A stretch of DNA of 64,000 nucleotides from positions 124,001-188,000 of the IMG/VR virus record IMGVR_UViG_3300050120_000361. One strand, given 5' to 3'. A program made the position numbers and the translations under genes. The stretch's first letter is position 1. Each line of letters begins with the position of its first letter. This document shows, piece by piece, positions 59,311 to 64,000 of the stretch. Below the pieces are notes generated by a model. It had not been told where the DNA came from, searched no databases, and worked only from the letters and a program-made list of their open reading frames with translations.

Positions 59311-59369
59311 CGGGACAGGAAAACAACAATATACCGTAAGCGGTAAATATACTTAATAAGAATTTCAAC

Positions 59370-60515
59370 ATGGAACAGAACCTACTATTGGTAATTGAGG
59401 GCTATAATCAGGTAATCGCCTCTTTCAAGAACAGAACGGACGTGCTTAACGGGCTTGCTTTGGCTTGGACCGGCGGCAATGACCGAGCATTGCCCGAGAA
59501 CACGCCAGTAGGAATTGGCGACGGGCTCGGAACCACCGGCTACTGCGTGTCAGCGTCAGAATGCCTGCTCAACGACGAGATATTCAAAATGTACCTTGAG
59601 TTCCGCAAGGCCAAGGCCAAGCTCATATCCATCGACATCAAGGAACAGTACTACGGGTACTGCTACAACGGCTCGCAGAACAAGTGGCATACGGCCATAC
59701 TCGTAGAGGAAAGCGGCATAAACCTGATTGTGGACGTAACGTGCAGGCAGTTCGGCGACCAGTTCATAGACAAGGACGTTTGGGACTTCCCTTCATGGGA
59801 ATTGGCGCTCCGCAGCCCCAACTGCAAACACGCCATAAGCGACAGGATTGACTATCCGGGCGGAATAGTGCCGATACACAAGGCCGCTTCAAGGGTTTCA
59901 GACCTCGACAGGATAGACCTGCTTGACGCCATGCACGACATAACCAACATAGACTCTGATGACCGCCAGGTGCTTTCCGGGTTCCTTCTCGGCAAAATGG
60001 GCGTGCTTAACGCGCGCATGCTGGTTGGCAACATAACGGTTGAGGACTACCGGTACATAGACAACTTGGGCAAGCTGCTGCAGAAGATGCCCTTCGACAC
60101 CATAAACGAGGGCTATTCGGTGCTTTCCTTCGAGACCAAGGCCGCCGCCAAGGCGTGGCTTAAGCTGTTCCTTGAGGGCCGCGGCAAGCTGCCGACCTAC
60201 ATTCTCGTTTCGCAGTCGGTTGAGGCCTCTTGCCAGCTGAACGGCTACGACGAGTGGGACGTTAACATCGCTTACAAGTCGGCCGCCAGCGCGAATAGGA
60301 CCTATTTGGTGTTCCGCTTCGGCGAGCTCTACGGCATCAAAACGGCTTGGCTCAGGAACTCAAAAATACTCGTCCCTTTCGGCATACAGCTGCCTTTCAA
60401 GCCTGAAAACATAATGAACGGAGGCGCCGCCATAGACGGCAACAAGCGGGCGGATGGAACCCTCGACCGCGAGACGAACGCGATATTCGTGACACTGGAG
60501 AACAAGACTTATTAG
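59370..60515 (+). CDS. protein with a transglutaminase/papain-like Cys-His-Asp domain
   Basis: GYCVSAS ... WHTAILV ... IVDVTCRQF. Confidence 0.55.
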   Translation: MEQNLLLVIEGYNQVIASFKNRTDVLNGLALAWTGGNDRALPENTPVGIGDGLGTTGYCVSASECLLNDEIFKMYLEFRKAKAKLISIDIKEQYYGYCYNGSQNKWHTAILVEESGINLIVDVTCRQFGDQFIDKDVWDFPSWELALRSPNCKHAISDRIDYPGGIVPIHKAASRVSDLDRIDLLDAMHDITNIDSDDRQVLSGFLLGKMGVLNARMLVGNITVEDYRYIDNLGKLLQKMPFDTINEGYSVLSFETKAAAKAWLKLFLEGRGKLPTYILVSQSVEASCQLNGYDEWDVNIAYKSAASANRTYLVFRFGELYGIKTAWLRNSKILVPFGIQLPFKPENIMNGGAAIDGNKRADGTLDRETNAIFVTLENKTY

Positions 60516-60518
60516 GGC

Positions 60519-61010
60519 ATGGATAGGAGGATATTGCGAAGACTGTCCAATGTCCATAAGTCTAAACCACAGCAGAAGACAAGGGGCTTTGTGACAGGCG
60601 ACTTCGCCAAATTCAATCCAAAGAAGTATGTCGGGCAATTGCCAATAACCTACCGTTCAAGCTACGAGCTCGCTTTCATGTTCAAGATGGAAGCCAACAG
60701 CAATGTTAAGGCTTGGGCTGCTGAACAGGTGATAATACCATACCTTCTAAAGGAAAAGCGGGGAAACGAATTCGTTGACGTCAGACACAACTACATAACG
60801 GACGCCACCGTTTGGCTGATTAACGATGAAAAGTACATCTGCGAGATAAAGCCGCTGGCGTTCACGCCGCTCAACGAGTCGCAGCTGCGGAACAGCTACG
60901 TGCACTACAAGAACGGACAGAAATGGAAATACGCCATGCTTTGGTGCAAACAGAACGGCTACACCTTCAAGCTAATAACTGAAGAGACGCTGAAAACCAA
61001 AATATTCTAA
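60519..61010 (+). CDS. gp4: head completion nuclease, T4 gp4-like (TnsA-N fold)
   Basis: NPKKY.G, YRSSYE, W..E...IPY, EIKP, KW..A..WC...G..FK.ITE. Confidence 0.9.
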   Translation: MDRRILRRLSNVHKSKPQQKTRGFVTGDFAKFNPKKYVGQLPITYRSSYELAFMFKMEANSNVKAWAAEQVIIPYLLKEKRGNEFVDVRHNYITDATVWLINDEKYICEIKPLAFTPLNESQLRNSYVHYKNGQKWKYAMLWCKQNGYTFKLITEETLKTKIF

Positions 61011-61032
61011 CAACCACAACAATCATAATTAT

Positions 61033-61563
61033 ATGAAAATAGCCAAAAAATCAGGAAATGTCGTACTGACCCACCTGACGCAGAATGAGGTTTACGGACT
61101 GCTTAAGTGCCAGATACCAATTCACCTTATATTCATGGACCTTAACGGCACCTTCGTGCAGGAGAAGACCATGAGCCTTTCAGACAGGTTGTTCGATGGC
61201 GTTCAAAAGATACTCGTCAACGAAGAGGAGTGGGAGTACAAGGCGCTTATCGCGGAAATAGGCCAGGTAATGCACTCGGGCCTGAGCCTCGGAGTGATGC
61301 TGACAATACAGGACTTCAAGGACCACGAACCGCTCATATCCATTGTTGGCTCATTGAAGCAAGACGTGGTCAATTCCGCAGTGCGCATAGAGTACGGCAA
61401 GGAGGTGTTCTGCGTGACCAACAGGCCGTTCGCCAACGGAGACTCCGATAAACTTTTTTATTACGCGGGCAACGACAGCATACTCGCCTTTGTCGAGGAG
61501 GGGCCTGTGCTCATAACCGACAACGTGCACGTCACTTCCGTTCAGGACGTGCTGTGCGATTAG
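61033..61563 (+). CDS. hypothetical protein
   Basis: Co-oriented ORF with an A-rich leader. Confidence 0.55.
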   Translation: MKIAKKSGNVVLTHLTQNEVYGLLKCQIPIHLIFMDLNGTFVQEKTMSLSDRLFDGVQKILVNEEEWEYKALIAEIGQVMHSGLSLGVMLTIQDFKDHEPLISIVGSLKQDVVNSAVRIEYGKEVFCVTNRPFANGDSDKLFYYAGNDSILAFVEEGPVLITDNVHVTSVQDVLCD

Positions 61564-61600
61564 TCAATTATTTTAAGGAAACAAACAAAAACATACGGAA

Positions 61601-62017
61601 ATGAACAAGAAGAACATCAGCGAGCTGGAGGTAATGGTCCAGCTGGGCATACCAACCGGCCCGACAAACCCGACAACCCCGAAGGCGAACCAGATAGACG
61701 GCGTGAACCGCGCCTACCTGTTCTACAACAAGACCCTGGGAGGTCTGCAGATTTGGAACGGCACGGCATGGGTTAGCTTCGCGGGAACCGTAACTTCGGG
61801 AAACACGGTGAAGGCCGTGAAGTCAACAACCGCTGCCGACGGAACCGCAACGGCGTTCGCGTTCCCGGACAACATACTCGCGGGTACCGAGGAGATTTAT
61901 GTCGCGGGCCTATTGAAGGACCGCACAACGGACTACGCGGTTGCCACCAACACAGTGACATTCACTGTGGCTCCGACAAACGGCCAAAAAGTGCTCGGGA
62001 GCTACCAGAAGGCGTAA
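61601..62017 (+). CDS. small virion decoration protein
   Basis: YN......IWNGTAW motif; AGTEE.YV.GLL....DY domain shared with the giant fibre C-terminus. Confidence 0.6.
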   Translation: MNKKNISELEVMVQLGIPTGPTNPTTPKANQIDGVNRAYLFYNKTLGGLQIWNGTAWVSFAGTVTSGNTVKAVKSTTAADGTATAFAFPDNILAGTEEIYVAGLLKDRTTDYAVATNTVTFTVAPTNGQKVLGSYQKA

Positions 62018-62033
62018 TCACAAAATATAGCTG

Positions 62034-62861
62034 GTGCGTTCCAAAAAGAAACCAATAACGCTTGAGGAATACATCAAGCAGCAGGCCAAAAAGGAAAAGG
62101 CTGGAAAGGCCGCAGGGACAAGGGCGGACTTCTTCAAGGAGAAGTACGCCCAATCCATTAAAGACGCGAGCGGCAACGAAAACCTTGAGAAGCTCATCGA
62201 TGACTACGACATCAAGGTCGGAAAGTACTCGTTGCGCACGAAGATAAGGAACAACCCATGGGTGAAGGCGGGCAGGCCCGCGTCCAAGGCCCTTGAGTGG
62301 CTCTTCAAAACGGTGTTCAAGAACCCGGAAACCTACAGGTACAAGCAGAACCTGCTCGCACAGGGGCAATTGTTCTTCTTCGAGTACAAGAACCCTAAGT
62401 ACAAGAACACTGCCAAGCTACCCTGGTTTGACAAGTACCCTCTGGTGCTTTCGCTCGGTCCGGTTGTGACCAAGCTCGGGGTCAGGAACATAGGCTTCAA
62501 CCTCCACCTGCTTCCGCCAAAGGTGCGCATAGTCGTGCTGTGCCACATATTCGAACTCTACAAGCGCTTCTACAGGTACCAGATATTCTACAAGAAGCAG
62601 GGCGCCGTGCAGATAAAGTACCAGTACATCATAAAGTCACTGGACAAGTTCGGCGCGGGCTTCGCGGTAAGGATGTACATCCCTGCGCGTCAGAACGTAA
62701 TCGTTGTCTTTCCCTTCAGGGAGTGGCACAAGGCCATATTCCTGCCGAGTCGCGGTTACGATTCGATAAAGGCCGCCAAGCTTATACAGCTTTGGCTGAA
62801 GTACGTTAGGGCCCGCAAGTTCAGCACGAGTCCGAACATCAACTGGAACACTAACATATAG
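62034..62861 (+). CDS. gp2: DNA end protector protein, T4 gp2-like
   Basis: G.L.FFEY, LPWFDKYPLVL, GFNLH.LPP..R, W..AIFLP. Confidence 0.85.
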   Translation: MRSKKKPITLEEYIKQQAKKEKAGKAAGTRADFFKEKYAQSIKDASGNENLEKLIDDYDIKVGKYSLRTKIRNNPWVKAGRPASKALEWLFKTVFKNPETYRYKQNLLAQGQLFFFEYKNPKYKNTAKLPWFDKYPLVLSLGPVVTKLGVRNIGFNLHLLPPKVRIVVLCHIFELYKRFYRYQIFYKKQGAVQIKYQYIIKSLDKFGAGFAVRMYIPARQNVIVVFPFREWHKAIFLPSRGYDSIKAAKLIQLWLKYVRARKFSTSPNINWNTNI

Positions 62862-62873
62862 CAAAGACAATTC

Positions 62874-63518
62874 ATGGACAAACCATACCAAGACAAGATT
62901 AAGTGCTTCCTTCTCGTACCGAACGGGGTTGAGGTGCGCTCGCTTCGCAGATACGCGTCTCTTCCAGAGGGTCAACAGTGCCCACTGAACCCAGGCAAGT
63001 ACAGCTACCACAACAGCCATGTACAGGTCGGGGTCTGCAGATGCGACGGCGACAAGTGGCGGCTCGGCCCGCGCGACAAGTACGACGCGATGTGGCCCAC
63101 CCACTGCGAATGCGGCTTCGAGTACACGGACTCCAACAGCAACAAGCAGCTTTTCACTGATGAGGTCTACGTATCAGTAGACAGGCCTGGCGAGGAGTTC
63201 TCCATTAAGGCGGCACCAGTTGGTGCTATGTGGGAGGTTCCGTGGTATCATGACCTTAAGGACATGTGCGGCCCTGACGGCATGGCGTACATAGTGGTAA
63301 CCCCGGGCGGTCAATGGCACATAGACGGCAGGGCGAGCAATTGCGGTTCCCCATTGGACAGCATCCACAAATGCTGGGTGCGCCACGGCACCGCGCCAAA
63401 CCTCACCGTAGACAAGAACGGCTTGACATGCAGTGCCGGGGCTGGTTCGATACAGGCAGGTGATTACCATGGATTTCTGAAAAACGGGCACTTAGTGACC
63501 AACTTAAGTTTGGTATAA
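62874..63518 (+). CDS. Cys/His-rich protein, DUF6527-like C-terminus
   Basis: TPGG.W.ID...SNC, CW.R.G..P.LTV, SI....YHGFL.NG. Confidence 0.5.
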   Translation: MDKPYQDKIKCFLLVPNGVEVRSLRRYASLPEGQQCPLNPGKYSYHNSHVQVGVCRCDGDKWRLGPRDKYDAMWPTHCECGFEYTDSNSNKQLFTDEVYVSVDRPGEEFSIKAAPVGAMWEVPWYHDLKDMCGPDGMAYIVVTPGGQWHIDGRASNCGSPLDSIHKCWVRHGTAPNLTVDKNGLTCSAGAGSIQAGDYHGFLKNGHLVTNLSLV

Positions 63519-63536
63519 CGCGCAGGATACGAAAGT

Positions 63537-63890
63537 ATGGGCAATTCAAGCAATAGCGCAGTAAACGCCAACAACGGGAACCAGATAGTATATCCTTCGA
63601 CAATACCGAAGAATATAGTGCCTGCCATAGACAATGTTGTGCGGTTCGCCGCGTACACCGACCTGGAGCAGCAGATGTTCTACGCGCTTAGGCAGGGGTT
63701 TCTCGTAATGATGCCATACGTGGACGCTGACAACAAGACCTACGAGCTCATAGCGATACAGCAGGCCGAACTCATAGCCTTCACCATTGTGGACTCATGG
63801 CCTACCGCGCTTAAGATAATACAGGTGGAGGACGACGGAACGGTCAACAATTCCACAAGCAACATACTCACAACCAAGACAAACAACTAA
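63537..63890 (+). CDS. hypothetical protein
   Basis: Co-oriented ORF. Confidence 0.5.
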   Translation: MGNSSNSAVNANNGNQIVYPSTIPKNIVPAIDNVVRFAAYTDLEQQMFYALRQGFLVMMPYVDADNKTYELIAIQQAELIAFTIVDSWPTALKIIQVEDDGTVNNSTSNILTTKTNN

Positions 63891-63893
63891 CAG

Positions 63894-64000
63894 ATGAAGA
63901 AAGTGCAGCTCTTCTTTTCCAGGCTTTTTCCAAAAATGATACTCGGCAACAAGGTTGTGGCAACGATAGTCCACAACACCGGCATACGCTTTGGGCAGAT
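63894..64000 (+). CDS. partial CDS running off the window end
   Basis: ATG 63894 with an open frame (MKKVQLFFSRLFPK...). Confidence 0.4.
   Translation, partial: MKKVQLFFSRLFPKMILGNKVVATIVHNTGIRFGQ

Noticed and set aside
60519-61010. TnsA-like transposase or homing endonuclease
   Set aside because: Motifs and proximity to gp2 fit T4 gp4 head completion protein; no transposon ends or partner genes are seen.
1-64000. Stop-codon reassignment, diversity-generating retroelement, tRNA genes
   Set aside because: Standard-code ORFs tile the window with TAA, TAG and TGA all used as stops; no reverse transcriptase, template/variable repeat pair or tRNA cloverleaf was seen.

Overview
The window is a dense, entirely + strand segment of a large T4-superfamily-like (probably jumbo) myophage genome in the standard genetic code. 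Starts are preceded by A-rich leaders without Shine-Dalgarno sequences, which suggests a Bacteroidota host (inference). Recognisable genes are a 3040-aa modular fibre, neck proteins (gp13/gp14-like), tail sheath, tail tube, baseplate and hub proteins, tape measure, gp3/gp53/gp4/gp2-like genes, a compact gp55-like late sigma factor, and a family B DNA polymerase split into two genes about 2 kb apart. The strongest candidate for an undescribed system is a family of five dispersed proteins. They share an approximately 100-aa N-terminal domain (KL[S/T]N-x-[W/Y] ... F-[D/G]-G?-Y) fused to swappable C-terminal modules, and they occur alongside LNE-rich proteins that look like prohead-protease substrates. 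Together these suggest an address-tag plus cargo system for loading proteins into the capsid. Other notable signals are a gp51-like gene that needs a +1 slip or non-AUG start, a TA(A/G)ATA late promoter, a 255-nt possibly structured leader, and GATC depletion. All assignments are by-eye motif recognition; no searches were run.
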